Origin: Terracidiphilus sp.
Lineage (GTDB): Bacteria; Acidobacteriota; Terriglobia; Terriglobales; Acidobacteriaceae
Length of the DNA: 64,000 nt
Reading direction: 5' to 3'
NCBI GenBank assembly: GCA_050010795.1
Contig: JBEKKI010000008.1
Coordinates: forward strand, 38,222-102,221
Position numbers and translations under genes: made by a program. Shown here in pieces: positions 9,505 through 21,874 of the stretch. Within the stretch, counting starts at the first letter, position 1. Each line of letters starts with the position of its first letter. Under the pieces are notes generated by a model. The model made no database searches. It was not told where the DNA came from and worked only from the letters and a program-made list of their open reading frames with translations.

Positions 9505-10455
9505 ATGTCCGACTCCCCCGACCAGGCGCTTTTTAGTTTGCTGCCTATATCCAATGAAGGCCGCACGCGTGCCTTCGTGACCAGTTCCATTGTCAACCTG
9601 GCCATGCTCGGCATCGCTCTTTACGTTGGCGCGACAGCCAGGCAGGTCATCGAACAACATTACGAGGAGACTGTGCTGGTCATGCCCAGCCTTCCGCCTC
9701 CGGTGAAGTTCCACCAGCCACGCCCGGTCGCGCCGCCAAAGATCAAACTGCCGCCGCCCCGAATCGAGCAGCCCAAGCCGGTCCAGATGGAAGCCAGGCT
9801 GGCCGCGCCGCCGATGCCGCACGTTAGGCCTCAGATCAAGTTGACCCCACAGGTCAGGCCCGCGCTTGCTTCGGCCATGCCTGCGCAAAACAAGCTGGTC
9901 CGGCCCTCAACCAGGCCGGTTCATCTCGGCGACACATTCGGCGTCGTCCCGAACCCCAACGCGGTTCGTCCGGCTACCGTTGCTGCCATCGGCAATCCTT
10001 ATGGCGGCATGGAGGGTCCGGCGGTTGCGCCTCATGGCGTTGTGCGATCCACCGGAATTGGTGACAGCACTCGATTCGGCTCCGGCGGCGGAGGCGGTTA
10101 TCCAGGTGGTGGCAGAGTCGCATCCGTCAGCATGCCTGGCACCACGCCAGTCGCCGCCATGCCGCCCACCTACTCTACGCCTGAGCAGTCCACGCGCATC
10201 GAGGTGCTCTCCAAGCCGCCGGCGCGGTACACAGCCGAGGCAAGGCAGTTGCGCATCGAAGGTGACGTCGTGCTCAGCGTTACGTTTCTTGCGAGCGGGC
10301 AGATCGTCGTTCACGGCGTGCTGCACGGGTTGGGTCATGGGCTCGACGAGGAAGCCGTTCGCGAGGCTCAGCAGATCCGCTTCCGTCCCGCTTCTGTCGG
10401 CGGCCGTGCCGTTGACGTTACGACCCGGATCACCATCACTTTCCAGCTAGCTTAG
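9505..10455 (+). CDS. tonB: Energy transducer TonB
   Basis: N-terminal TM, Pro-rich segment, C-terminal domain YTAEARQLRIEGDVVL...GLGHGLDEEAV...RFRPA. Confidence 0.88.
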   Translation: MSDSPDQALFSLLPISNEGRTRAFVTSSIVNLAMLGIALYVGATARQVIEQHYEETVLVMPSLPPPVKFHQPRPVAPPKIKLPPPRIEQPKPVQMEARLAAPPMPHVRPQIKLTPQVRPALASAMPAQNKLVRPSTRPVHLGDTFGVVPNPNAVRPATVAAIGNPYGGMEGPAVAPHGVVRSTGIGDSTRFGSGGGGGYPGGGRVASVSMPGTTPVAAMPPTYSTPEQSTRIEVLSKPPARYTAEARQLRIEGDVVLSVTFLASGQIVVHGVLHGLGHGLDEEAVREAQQIRFRPASVGGRAVDVTTRITITFQLA

Positions 10456-10464
10456 TCGGCGAAT

Positions 10465-11073
10465 TCAATGCGGCCGCCCCGGCAGCACAAAGTGCTCTTC
10501 GCATCGCGGCTCGTAGTTGTCGCCCGCCATGATGATCGGGCTTGTGAAGTGCGCCGGCTTGCCGTCCACCAGCCGTTGCGGATACAGCGCCTTTGCTCCG
10601 CAACTGCAATACGCCACCAGCTCGGTGATATTGCCCGCGTAGGTCCGAACCAGCCACGAGAGATCGAGCATTTCGCCGAACGGCATGCCGCGAAAATCCA
10701 GCTCCAGCCCCGAAACCATCACGTCGTAGCCCGAGTCGAGCAGCCGCTTGGTGAATAGAAAGAGATCATGGACGAACTGACCCTCGTCCAGCGCGATGCA
10801 CTCGATGCGCTTGCCGATCCTCTGCTCCGTCGCCGCGATGATGGGCAGCACCGTCCACGGATCGCTGGAAGGGAACTCGACCGCTTCCATTTTCCCGCAG
10901 CCATTGCGGTTGCGGCTCTCCACCAGCCCGGCCGCCGCTTTGGTGTCGGCGCTGGGCTTTAGCAGCATCACGGTTTGCTTGGCGTATTCGCGCCGCGTCT
11001 CGATCCGGCGCAGCAGCTCCGCGGTCTTGTTGCTCCGCATCGGCCCGACAATCATTTCCAGCTTGCCAAGCAC
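10465..11073 (-). CDS. tdk: Thymidine kinase (TK1 type)
   Basis: GPMRSNKT P-loop (atypical), LDEGQF, GLELDFRGMPF, Zn ligands CSC...CEEH. Confidence 0.9.
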   Translation of the reverse strand: MLGKLEMIVGPMRSNKTAELLRRIETRREYAKQTVMLLKPSADTKAAAGLVESRNRNGCGKMEAVEFPSSDPWTVLPIIAATEQRIGKRIECIALDEGQFVHDLFLFTKRLLDSGYDVMVSGLELDFRGMPFGEMLDLSWLVRTYAGNITELVAYCSCGAKALYPQRLVDGKPAHFTSPIIMAGDNYEPRCEEHFVLPGRPH

Positions 11074-11144
11074 GGGTTTCTCCGGTGAACGGAGGACAGC
11101 GAACTGTGAGCGGCCGTTGCGCTTCTGCCTTGTCTGACGCCACT

Positions 11145-11179
11145 CCCTGATCCCTGTTCCCTAATCCCTATTCCCTGCT
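11145..11179. repeat. Five CCCTRWT heptamers directly after the smc stop
   Basis: ccctgat ccctgtt ccctaat ccctatt ccctgct. Confidence 0.85.
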
Positions 11180-11183
11180 TTTC

Positions 11184-14100
11184 TCACGCCGTCGCCCTCT
11201 GCGCCTCGCGATGATGCCCCAGCCGCACGCTCACAACCTTCGACACGCCCGGCTCCTGCATGGTCACGCCGTAGATCATGTCCGCCGCCTGCATCATGCG
11301 CTTGGAGTGCGTCACAATCAGGAACTGCGTGTCGCGGCCGAGCGAGCTCAGCAGGTCGGCGAACCGGCCCACATTTGTCTCGTCCAGCGCGGCATCCACC
11401 TCGTCGAGCACGCAGAACGGGCTCGGCCTGAACTGGAAGATGCCCACCAGCAGCGCCAGCGCTGTAAGCGATTTTTCGCCGCCCGAGAGCAGCAGCACGT
11501 TCTGCAACTTTTTGCCCGGCGGCGACACCACGATGTCGAGCCCGCTCTCATCCTGGTTCATCTCGTCGCTGACGCGCAGGAACGCCTGCCCGCCCTGGAA
11601 CAACCGCGCAAATACCTTGCCGAAATTCTCGTTGATGTGGGTCAGCGCCTCGTCGAACTTGGTGCGCGAAATCTGATCGATCTCTTTGATCGTCTCCTGC
11701 GTGTTCTCAATTGACTCGATCAGGTCTTGCCGCTGCGCCATCAGGAATCCGTGGCGCTCCGCCGTCTCCTTGTACTCATCGAGCGCCATCATGTTCACCG
11801 GACCCATCTGTTCCAGCCGCTGCCGCAGTCCGCGGCACGTCTCTTCCTCCGCGGCCAGCTCCTCTCCGGCCAGTCTTCCCATCTCCGCATCGGCGCGCAG
11901 CACCTGCGCCTCCACGTTCACCTCCGCCAGGCAGCTCGCTTCTAGATATTCGAGATCGGAGTGCAGCTTGGCCAACTCGCTCGAACGCGCCGCGCGGTCC
12001 TCCCGCAACTGGTCCAGCGCCGCGCGCCCGCTCTTCAGTTGCGTCTCCAGCTCGGCCAACTGCTGCCGCAGCGCTATCGCCTGCTCCGCAATCGTCTGCG
12101 CCGCAGCCAGCGCGTCATTCCGCCCCGCCGTCAGCTCCGCCTGCCGCTCGACAAGCTCCGTGTTTTCGTTTACGCGCTGTTCGCGCTCTGCCGTCGCGGC
12201 AGTGCGCTGCTGCTCAATCGCCTGCAATCGCCGGTCCAGATCGGCAAACTGACGGTCGATGCGCTGGAACGCCGCCTCCGCCCCGCGCCGCCGCTCTTCC
12301 AGACCGGCCAGCTCGGCCGTCATCTGCGCCGCTTCCTGCTGCAGTGTCTCCCGCTTCAGCCGCAGCGTTTCCAGTTGCGCCTGCTGTGCCGTTTGGCTGC
12401 TCTCGGCCTGCGCGTGTTCAGTCTCCAGCCGTGCCGCCTCGCCGCGCTTCTCCGCGATCGACTGCCGTCTTGCTTCGCGCGCGTCCTTGTTGCGAGCCGC
12501 CTGCGCCTCCCACTCCTGCAAGCGCCGCTCGATGCGCTGCGCCTCGGCCTCCATCTGCTTCAACGCCGCGCCCAGGTTGGCCGCGTCGCTCTCCGCCTGC
12601 CGCCGGCCCTCGCCATGAGACTCAAGCTGCGCCGTCAGCTCCTCGATCTCCCGCGTCAGCGTTTCGGCATCCTTCTCCGCCTGCGCCAGTTCCTGCTCCA
12701 GCTTCGCCAGCCGCCCGTCGGTTTCGCGCAGATCACGCTTCAGCGCCAGCGGGCCCTCGCTCGCCGCCTTGCCGCCCGTTACCGTCGAGCGGTGGAAGCA
12801 CTCGCCCTCCGGCGTCAGGAAGTATGCCCACGTATACCGCAGCGCCAGTTGCTGCGCCTCGATGGCGTTCTCCGCCAGATACCCATGCCGCAGCTTGGGC
12901 AGTACCCCTTCAAGCGACCGGCCAAACCCGTTCAGCACCTTGATCGCATCGCGAAGCGCTGTCAGTCCCGGCTCTTTCACCGGCCCCTCGCCCTTATCGA
13001 AAAGCTCGCCCTGCGCGTCCGAGTGGATCAGGAACGTAGCCCGTCCATCGCTGGTTTTCAGCACGCGCACGCCTTCTTCCGCCGCGCCCCAGCTTTCCAC
13101 CACCACGTAGTTCAGCTCTTCGCGCAGAAACTCGTCCACGATGCCTTCGTACTCGCCGCTCACCTCCAGAAAGTCCGCCAGCGTCCCCACCGGCGCGACC
13201 GCCGGCCCCAGCGCTCCCGGCTTCAGCAGCTTCCGCACCGTGTCCGTCGCGTATCCGTGATTGCGAATCAGCGCCGTCAGCGAATCGCGCCGCCCCACAA
13301 CCGCGGCCTGCTCGCCGCGCAGTTGGTTCGCCAGCGCTCTGCGCGCTGCTTCGTCCGCCCGCCTGGCCTGCAGGCTCTCGCGCAATCCCGCGATCCGTTC
13401 TTCCAGCCCCTTCTGGGCGGCATCGGCAGTCTCAAAGCGCAGCCGCGACTCGCCGATTTGTGCGCCCAGCCGCTCCAACTCGCCGTGCGCCTGGCTCATC
13501 TCGCCGTCCAGCCGCTCCGCTTCGCGCTCCAGTGCCGCCAGGCTCTCTTCGCCCTGCACAATGGAATTCCGCGCATTCCCCGCCAGCGCGAGCAAATGCA
13601 TCGCGTGGCGGCGGCCCGCCTCCAGATCCCGCTCCGATGTATAAACCTCTTCGGCTGCGGCCCGCGCCTCCTGCTGCCTTGCCTCCACCTTCGCGTGGAA
13701 CTCCCGTGCCTCGCCGGCCGCCGTCTCCAGAAAGTTCCGCTGCTGCGTCCGTTCCTCTTCGATCCCGGCCATCTGCGTGCGCAGTTGCTCCATCTCCGCG
13801 CCCGACGCTGCAACGCGCGCATCCAGCTCGCTCACGCGCTCCGTATTGCCGCGCTCGCGCGCTGTCGCCCGCTCCAGCTCAACGGCCGCCTCGCTCGCCC
13901 TGGCGCGCGCCGCCTCGCCTTCGCCGTCCAGCTCGTATCCCCGTTCCGTCAGGGCGTGCTGGGTCGTTTCCTGGTTGCCAATTGTCTCCACCGAGTCATC
14001 GATGCGCTCCGTCAGCGCGGCAATTTCCTGCTCGAGCCGTGACTGGTCGGCATCCATCGTGGCCATGCGGCTGGCCAGCACCACACGCAGGCGTCCGCGC

Positions 14101-15029
14101 AGCTCTTCGCGCACCGCGGCATACCGTTCCGCCTTGGCCGCCTGGCGCTTCAGGCTGTTCATCTGCCGTGTCACTTCCTCAAAGATGTCGTCCACGCGCG
14201 CCAGGTTCTGCTTCGCGCTCTCCAGCCTCAACTCCGCCAGCCGCTTCCTCGTCTTGAAGCGCGTCACCCCGGCAGCTTCTTCGATGATGGCCCGGCGCTC
14301 GTAGGGCTTCGAGCTCAGCAGTTGTCCAATTCGCTCCTGCCCGATGATGGCGTAGCTCTCCGGCCCCAGCCCCGTGCCCATAAAGAGGTCCTGGATGTCG
14401 CGCAGCCGGCACAGCTTGCCGTTCAGCAGATACTCGCTCTCGCCCGTGCGGAACAGCCGCCGCGTGATCATCACCTCGCCCTTCTGCGGCGTGCTGTGAA
14501 ACTTCCGGCGCCGGATTTTCAGCACCACTCCCTGGGGCGCGGCGTTCTGTTCCCCACCTTCGCCCTGCGGCGCCTGCGCCGGAGCGACATTCTCGCCTGC
14601 CGCCTCCTCAATCATCTGTCCCGGTTGTTCGCCGGCTGCAATTTCTTCCGCTTCACTCGCGCGCTGCCGCCTAATCTCGTCCTCGTCCCAGTCCGGCGGT
14701 CCCTCGCGATCGATTTCCACCTCCGCCTCAACCGGTACCGGCCCTTCGTAGGCCTCGGGATCGATCATGGTCAGCGTCACCTCTGCCATTCCCAGCGGTT
14801 TGCGTTCGCGCGTTCCGGCAAAGATCAGGTCCTGCATGTGCGAGCCGCGCAGCGACTTGGCGCTCTGCTCGCCCAGCACCCAGCTCACGCCGTCCAGGAT
14901 GTTCGACTTCCCGCACCCGTTTGGCCCCACCACCACGGCAATCCCCGTGCCCGCCACCGTCACTTCCGTCCGGTCGCAAAAGCTTTTGAATCCGAGGATG
15001 TGAATCTTCTTTAGTTTCAGCATGTTCAC
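11184..15029 (-). CDS. smc: Chromosome segregation protein SMC
   Basis: GPNGCGKSN Walker A, long coiled coils, hinge region, LSGGEKS signature, LDEVDAALD Walker B. Confidence 0.97.
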   Translation of the reverse strand: MNMLKLKKIHILGFKSFCDRTEVTVAGTGIAVVVGPNGCGKSNILDGVSWVLGEQSAKSLRGSHMQDLIFAGTRERKPLGMAEVTLTMIDPEAYEGPVPVEAEVEIDREGPPDWDEDEIRRQRASEAEEIAAGEQPGQMIEEAAGENVAPAQAPQGEGGEQNAAPQGVVLKIRRRKFHSTPQKGEVMITRRLFRTGESEYLLNGKLCRLRDIQDLFMGTGLGPESYAIIGQERIGQLLSSKPYERRAIIEEAAGVTRFKTRKRLAELRLESAKQNLARVDDIFEEVTRQMNSLKRQAAKAERYAAVREELRGRLRVVLASRMATMDADQSRLEQEIAALTERIDDSVETIGNQETTQHALTERGYELDGEGEAARARASEAAVELERATARERGNTERVSELDARVAASGAEMEQLRTQMAGIEEERTQQRNFLETAAGEAREFHAKVEARQQEARAAAEEVYTSERDLEAGRRHAMHLLALAGNARNSIVQGEESLAALEREAERLDGEMSQAHGELERLGAQIGESRLRFETADAAQKGLEERIAGLRESLQARRADEAARRALANQLRGEQAAVVGRRDSLTALIRNHGYATDTVRKLLKPGALGPAVAPVGTLADFLEVSGEYEGIVDEFLREELNYVVVESWGAAEEGVRVLKTSDGRATFLIHSDAQGELFDKGEGPVKEPGLTALRDAIKVLNGFGRSLEGVLPKLRHGYLAENAIEAQQLALRYTWAYFLTPEGECFHRSTVTGGKAASEGPLALKRDLRETDGRLAKLEQELAQAEKDAETLTREIEELTAQLESHGEGRRQAESDAANLGAALKQMEAEAQRIERRLQEWEAQAARNKDAREARRQSIAEKRGEAARLETEHAQAESSQTAQQAQLETLRLKRETLQQEAAQMTAELAGLEERRRGAEAAFQRIDRQFADLDRRLQAIEQQRTAATAEREQRVNENTELVERQAELTAGRNDALAAAQTIAEQAIALRQQLAELETQLKSGRAALDQLREDRAARSSELAKLHSDLEYLEASCLAEVNVEAQVLRADAEMGRLAGEELAAEEETCRGLRQRLEQMGPVNMMALDEYKETAERHGFLMAQRQDLIESIENTQETIKEIDQISRTKFDEALTHINENFGKVFARLFQGGQAFLRVSDEMNQDESGLDIVVSPPGKKLQNVLLLSGGEKSLTALALLVGIFQFRPSPFCVLDEVDAALDETNVGRFADLLSSLGRDTQFLIVTHSKRMMQAADMIYGVTMQEPGVSKVVSVRLGHHREAQRATA

Positions 15030-15381
15030 TCCGGGTCGATGGGCCCTATCCTATCTCTCTATCGGCACCCCTCCGCGCCCTGGCACAACTCCGCCCGCGC
15101 GGCGAACCTGACCACTTTATCTAAGACTCTACGGACGCTCGACCGCAGGGTCAACGCTGATAAAAGGTGCCTTTGTGGATAAGGGGGTCGAATCTCTTTA
15201 GCGCCCGCTGATTCGATCGTGCAGCACGATTCCGCCTGCGAAAAACCCGCGCCTGGGCGGAAATTCGCGCTCAAAATTGCGCAACACGCGCGCTCAGGAT
15301 CGTAACATCCAATTGACAGCATTCCATCGCACCGTGAAACTGTCGAAGCAAATTCTCAATCTCGTTTTCGAGGGTTCCTCC

Positions 15382-16857
15382 ATGCAAAAAGCTATCCGAT
15401 CCGCAGCCCTCGTTGCCGCCTTTTCGTACGCTTTCTCGCTCGCGGCGCAGCAGCAACCGTCTCCGCTCGCACCCTTCATCAAAGTCAATGCTCCCGTGCT
15501 CGTGCTAAACCACGTTACTCTCATCGACGGCACTGGGACCACGCCTCGGACCGACATGCGCATCGACATCGCGGGTGGCAAGATCGTCGCCGTCCAACCC
15601 TCCGCTCTGTCCCATGTATATCCGCTCAATGCAAAGGTTCTCGATCTCACCGGCAAGACCGTCATTCCCGGCCTGGTCGGCATGCACGAGCACTTGTTCT
15701 ATCCACTGTCGCAGCGGCCTGAAGGCGGTGCGGCCTTCTACGGTGAAATGCCCGATAGCGCGCCGCGTCTTTACCTGTCCGCCGGTGTCACCACCGCGCG
15801 CACTGGCGGAAGCGTCGAGCCCTACACCGATCTCGAACTGAAAAAGCAGATTGATGCGGGCCTCGTAGCCGGGCCCACGCTCGACGTCACTGGGCCGTAC
15901 CTTGAAGGCAAGGGTACCTTCGCCGTCCAGATGCATCAACTCGCCGACGCCGCCGACGCGGGCCGGATGGTGGACTTTTGGGCCTCAGAAGGCGCCACTT
16001 CCTTCAAGGCCTACAACTACCTCACGGCCGATGAGCTCAAATTGGCCATTCACCACGCCCACTTTCAAAGCCTCAAGATCACCGGCCATCTCTGCTCCAT
16101 CGGATTCACGCAGGCAGCCCAGATGGGCATCGACAATCTCGAGCACGGAATCATCGTTGACACCGAGTTCTACCCCGGCAAACTGCCCGACGCATGTCCC
16201 GACACCCGCGAGGCCGAACAATGGATGGCATCGAGCCTCAACATCGATGGCCCCGAGGTGCAGAACTTGATCCGCGCGCTCGTCGACCATCGCGTTGCCG
16301 TCACTTCCACCCTCGCCGTTCTCGAGACCTTCGTTCCCAATCGCCCGCCCATGCAGGTTGAAGCTGCGCCGCTCAAGACTCTTACCCCAGAAGCCGCCAG
16401 AAGCTTCCTCGCCACGCGCGCCGTCATCGCCGATCCGCCAGGGAATCCGAATCGGCAGCGCGCGGACTACGCCAAATTACTTCAAATGGAAATGCACTTT
16501 GAGCGCAGGTTCGCCGCCGCCGGCGGCATGCTCATGGCCGGCTGCGATCCCACCGGCTACGGCGGCGTCGTTCCCGGCTTCGGCGATCAACGCAATATCG
16601 AATTGCTCGTTGAAGCCGGCTTCACGCCGGTTGAGGCCATACGTATCGCCACGCTCAACGGCGCAATCTACATGGGCAAGGAATCGACCATCGGCTCCAT
16701 CGCGCCGGGCAAGGCCGCCGACCTCGTCGTCCTCGGCGGAAATCCCGATCTGGATATCCGGAACATCGAAAAGGTCGAGACCGTATTCAAGGCTGGCATC
16801 GGTTACGACCCCGCCAGCCTGATTCAGTCCGTGACCGGCCTGGTCGGCCTGCGATAA
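15382..16857 (+). CDS. Exported metal-dependent amidohydrolase
   Basis: Signal peptide MQKAIRSAALVAAF, GKTVIPGLVGMHEH, GSIAPGKAADLVVL. Confidence 0.88.
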   Translation: MQKAIRSAALVAAFSYAFSLAAQQQPSPLAPFIKVNAPVLVLNHVTLIDGTGTTPRTDMRIDIAGGKIVAVQPSALSHVYPLNAKVLDLTGKTVIPGLVGMHEHLFYPLSQRPEGGAAFYGEMPDSAPRLYLSAGVTTARTGGSVEPYTDLELKKQIDAGLVAGPTLDVTGPYLEGKGTFAVQMHQLADAADAGRMVDFWASEGATSFKAYNYLTADELKLAIHHAHFQSLKITGHLCSIGFTQAAQMGIDNLEHGIIVDTEFYPGKLPDACPDTREAEQWMASSLNIDGPEVQNLIRALVDHRVAVTSTLAVLETFVPNRPPMQVEAAPLKTLTPEAARSFLATRAVIADPPGNPNRQRADYAKLLQMEMHFERRFAAAGGMLMAGCDPTGYGGVVPGFGDQRNIELLVEAGFTPVEAIRIATLNGAIYMGKESTIGSIAPGKAADLVVLGGNPDLDIRNIEKVETVFKAGIGYDPASLIQSVTGLVGLR

Positions 16858-17018
16858 GCCCGGCCACCAGCCGCCTCACAATCTCGCGCCGCCTGAAAGA
16901 ACCCGCCGCCGGGCTTGAACCGCCAGGAAGCGCTCTTCGGTCGGAGGTTTCTTTTTCCAACCGTCAAAACTCGTCCACGCGATCCTCAGCGCCGATCGTT
17001 CCAGGCTCCTATACTTAA

Positions 17019-19274
<2,256 letters not shown>

Positions 19275-19297
19275 TCTCGAACCCGTCTCCGCGCTAG

Positions 19298-19328
19298 AGG
19301 CCCATCCAATTCGGATGGGCCTTTGCTT
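19298..19328 (+). terminator. katG intrinsic terminator
   Basis: aggcccatcc-aattc-ggatgggcct followed by ttgctt. Confidence 0.75.
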
Positions 19329-19364
19329 CTGCGTCGCGCTCGCATCGAGTGCTAAAATCAATCA

Positions 19365-19461
19365 GTGCCGGGTCCTACGCGACGTAATCCCGCCAACCCC
19401 GCCAGGTCCGGAAGGAAGCAACGGTAACGGGCTCATACGGGCGCAGTAGGTAACCCGGTAC
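19365..19461 (+). ncRNA. ffs: Signal recognition particle RNA (small bacterial 4.5S type)
   Basis: Conserved helix-8 motif CCAGGTCCGGAAGGAAGCAAC, terminal pairing gtgccggg/cccggtac, TAAAAT -10 just upstream, T-tract after. Confidence 0.93.
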
Positions 19462-19545
19462 ATTTTTTACGTTCTTCTTCACCCTTGACGCTTTTGTGTG
19501 GCGAGCCGGCTCCCCACCGGTGTGTGCGCCGCAAGGAGAAATGCA

Positions 19546-20562
19546 TTGAGCCTTACCGTTCGCCCTGTGGTGGGCCGCCGCGCCAAAATTTCGGCGCTCG
19601 GTACGTACGTGCCTCCCGACGTAATCACCAATCAAGACCTCGAAAAAATGGTGGAAACAAGCGACCAGTGGATCACGGAGCGCACCGGGATCAAGACGCG
19701 ACACAAGCTCGCCGCCGGTCTCGGCGTCAGCGACATGTGCACTGAGGCGGCCAAAAAATGTCTCGCCGCGCGCGGCATCGGCCCCGCCGACCTCGAGGTC
19801 ATCATCGTGGGCACAGTTACGCCCGACATGATGTTTCCCTCCACGGCCTGTCTGGTGCAAAACAAGATCGGCGCCACAGGTGCTTGGGGCTTCGACGTCT
19901 CCGGCGGCTGCTCTGGCTTCGTCTATGCGCTCCTCGCCGGCATCAATCTGGTCGAAAGTGGCGCTTATAGCAAGGTTCTGGTGTGCGGCTTCGACGCCAA
20001 CACGCGAATGACCGATTACACCGACCGCACCACCTGCGTCCTCTTCGGCGACGGCGGAGGCGCGGTGCTCATCGAGCCAGCCGCGGAAGGCGAAATCGGC
20101 TACATCGACTCCGTCAACGAGATCGACGGCTCCGGCGGCGTCAGCCTGAACCTGAAGGGCGGGGGCAGCCTCAATCCCTCCACGCACGAAACGGTCGACA
20201 AGAAGTGGCACTACATCTATCAGGACGGGCCCGCCGTCTACAAATTCGCCGTGCGCAAAATGGTAGAGGCCTCCGCCAAGCTTCTTGAGCGGAACGGCGT
20301 CACCGGTAAGGATCTCGGCTGCTTCATTCCCCACCAGGCCAACAAGCGCATCATCACCTCCACCGCTGACCGCCTGGGTCTGGACCCGTGCCGCGTCATC
20401 ATCAACATCGAAAAGTACGGCAACACTTCCGCAGGCACCCTTCCCCTCGCCATGGAGACAGCCATCGAGCAAGGCAAGCTCAAAAAGGGCGATCTGGTCC
20501 TGCTGGCCGCTGTCGGCGCCGGCTTTACGGTGGGCACCGTCCTGCTGCGCTGGGAAATCTGA
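19546..20562 (+). CDS. fabH: Beta-ketoacyl-ACP synthase III
   Basis: [14 protein letters not shown] (Cys), HQANKRI (His), YGNTSAG (Asn). TTG start after aaggag. Confidence 0.95.
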   Translation: MSLTVRPVVGRRAKISALGTYVPPDVITNQDLEKMVETSDQWITERTGIKTRHKLAAGLGVSDMCTEAAKKCLAARGIGPADLEVIIVGTVTPDMMFPSTACLVQNKIGATGAWGFDVSGGCSGFVYALLAGINLVESGAYSKVLVCGFDANTRMTDYTDRTTCVLFGDGGGAVLIEPAAEGEIGYIDSVNEIDGSGGVSLNLKGGGSLNPSTHETVDKKWHYIYQDGPAVYKFAVRKMVEASAKLLERNGVTGKDLGCFIPHQANKRIITSTADRLGLDPCRVIINIEKYGNTSAGTLPLAMETAIEQGKLKKGDLVLLAAVGAGFTVGTVLLRWEI

Positions 20563-20565
20563 AAG

Positions 20566-20714
20566 ACAGCTTTCAGCTCTCAGCTTTTAGCTTTCATCTG
20601 TCAGGTGCCCATCCCTTGCGCCGCTTTTGAGCAAGGGTGAGATACCACCACGGACAACTCCCCGACTCTGAAAGCTGAAGGCTTTCACCCGGGAGGCTAG
20701 AAGCGAACAGCTAT
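20566..20714. repeat. Composite REP-like element: CAGCTTT heptamers, a palindrome, then inverted heptamers
   Basis: cagcttt cagctct cagcttt tagcttt; ggtgcccatcccttgc...gcaagggtgagatacc at 20604-20646; then aaagctgaaggct / gctagaagcgaacagcta. Confidence 0.7.
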
Positions 20715-20785
20715 CCCGTCATATACTGTGCTCCACAAACGCCGGATTCCGGCGTTCGCTGGACGATTCACCCCGGAGGGCGATC

Positions 20786-21418
20786 ATGGATGTGGCAATT
20801 ACCGCCAGAAAAGGAAGGATCTCCAGGGGTCTGCGCGAGCAGGCCGAAGAGGGGATGGAGCGAATCGGCCGCGTTCTAGGCCGCACGGCGCGAGCCAGCA
20901 TCACGTTCAGCACGCAGCGCCACCTCTACATCGTCGAACTCACCGTCCAGGCCCGCACGCAGAAGATCGCCGCCACCGGCAAGGGCGACTCCCAGGTCTC
21001 CGCGCTCCGCGAAGCGATGGCGCACGCCGAGCATCAGGCCCACCGCTACCGCGACCGGCGCATGGTCAGCAATCGCCTGCCCAAGGTCGACAAGGTACTC
21101 ACGGCGCCGCCCGTCGCGCGGCCCAAGGCGCGCATTGACCCCGCGGTCGAATCGGACGAAAACAGCTCGGCTGGCCCTGCCGGCAAAGCCCGCGCGGCCA
21201 TCGCCGTTCATTCGTTCCCAGCTCGCGCCACGGTTGTCGAGCCTCATATCCTCAAAAGCGGCGAGGCCATCGCGCTCAGACCCATGACCATTGAGGAGGC
21301 TGTGAAAGACGCCGAGTTCCGCGACCGCGATCTGCTCATCTTCCGCACCGTCGCAGGAGATACGTTTGTGCTGCATCGCCGCCGCGATGGTCAAATGGAG
21401 TTGGTAGAGATCCCGTAG
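20786..21418 (+). CDS. hpf: Long-form ribosome hibernation promoting factor (HPF/RaiA)
   Basis: S30AE-like N-domain and C-terminal RPMTIEEAVKDAEFRDRDLLIFR...VLHRRRDG. Confidence 0.88.
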   Translation: MDVAITARKGRISRGLREQAEEGMERIGRVLGRTARASITFSTQRHLYIVELTVQARTQKIAATGKGDSQVSALREAMAHAEHQAHRYRDRRMVSNRLPKVDKVLTAPPVARPKARIDPAVESDENSSAGPAGKARAAIAVHSFPARATVVEPHILKSGEAIALRPMTIEEAVKDAEFRDRDLLIFRTVAGDTFVLHRRRDGQMELVEIP

Positions 21419-21874
21419 ACGGTGGTTGCGTCTGTTTTGCGCCGCCGTTTCTTGTTCGGGCCGTTTTTCCCGCGCGTGCCACGCTGCTGCGCCCATTGTG
21501 CCGTGGCCGTCGATTGCCGCGTCGATCGCACGCCGCGCGGCGCGAAAACCCTGCACGAACTGGGGCGGTTATCCGGTTACCATAGGACCAAGCCACAACC
21601 GCTAAGTGGCTTTTTCCTCAAAAAGAAGCCACCCTGCATGGCGCTGGCGATGCCCCGCACGAACTGGCGAACCGAACTACAACCGGTCTCATAAATGCCT
21701 CTGCTGCATCGTGAGCATGTATGGGACCCAACAACAGGGTAGGTCCCATGATTCTAGCGAGCTGACGGGGATGGTTTATGAGACCGGTTCTAGGCATTAC
21801 GAACGACTTTGGTTGCACCCGTTGACCGCTTTTGGGGATGGTGATAAGCCGCTCCGAAATCTACGATCCGGAGT

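Noticed and set aside
11711-14042. 410-aa and 693-aa plus-strand ORFs
   Set aside because: Lie opposite smc with low-complexity Pro/Arg/Ala or antisense-type composition.
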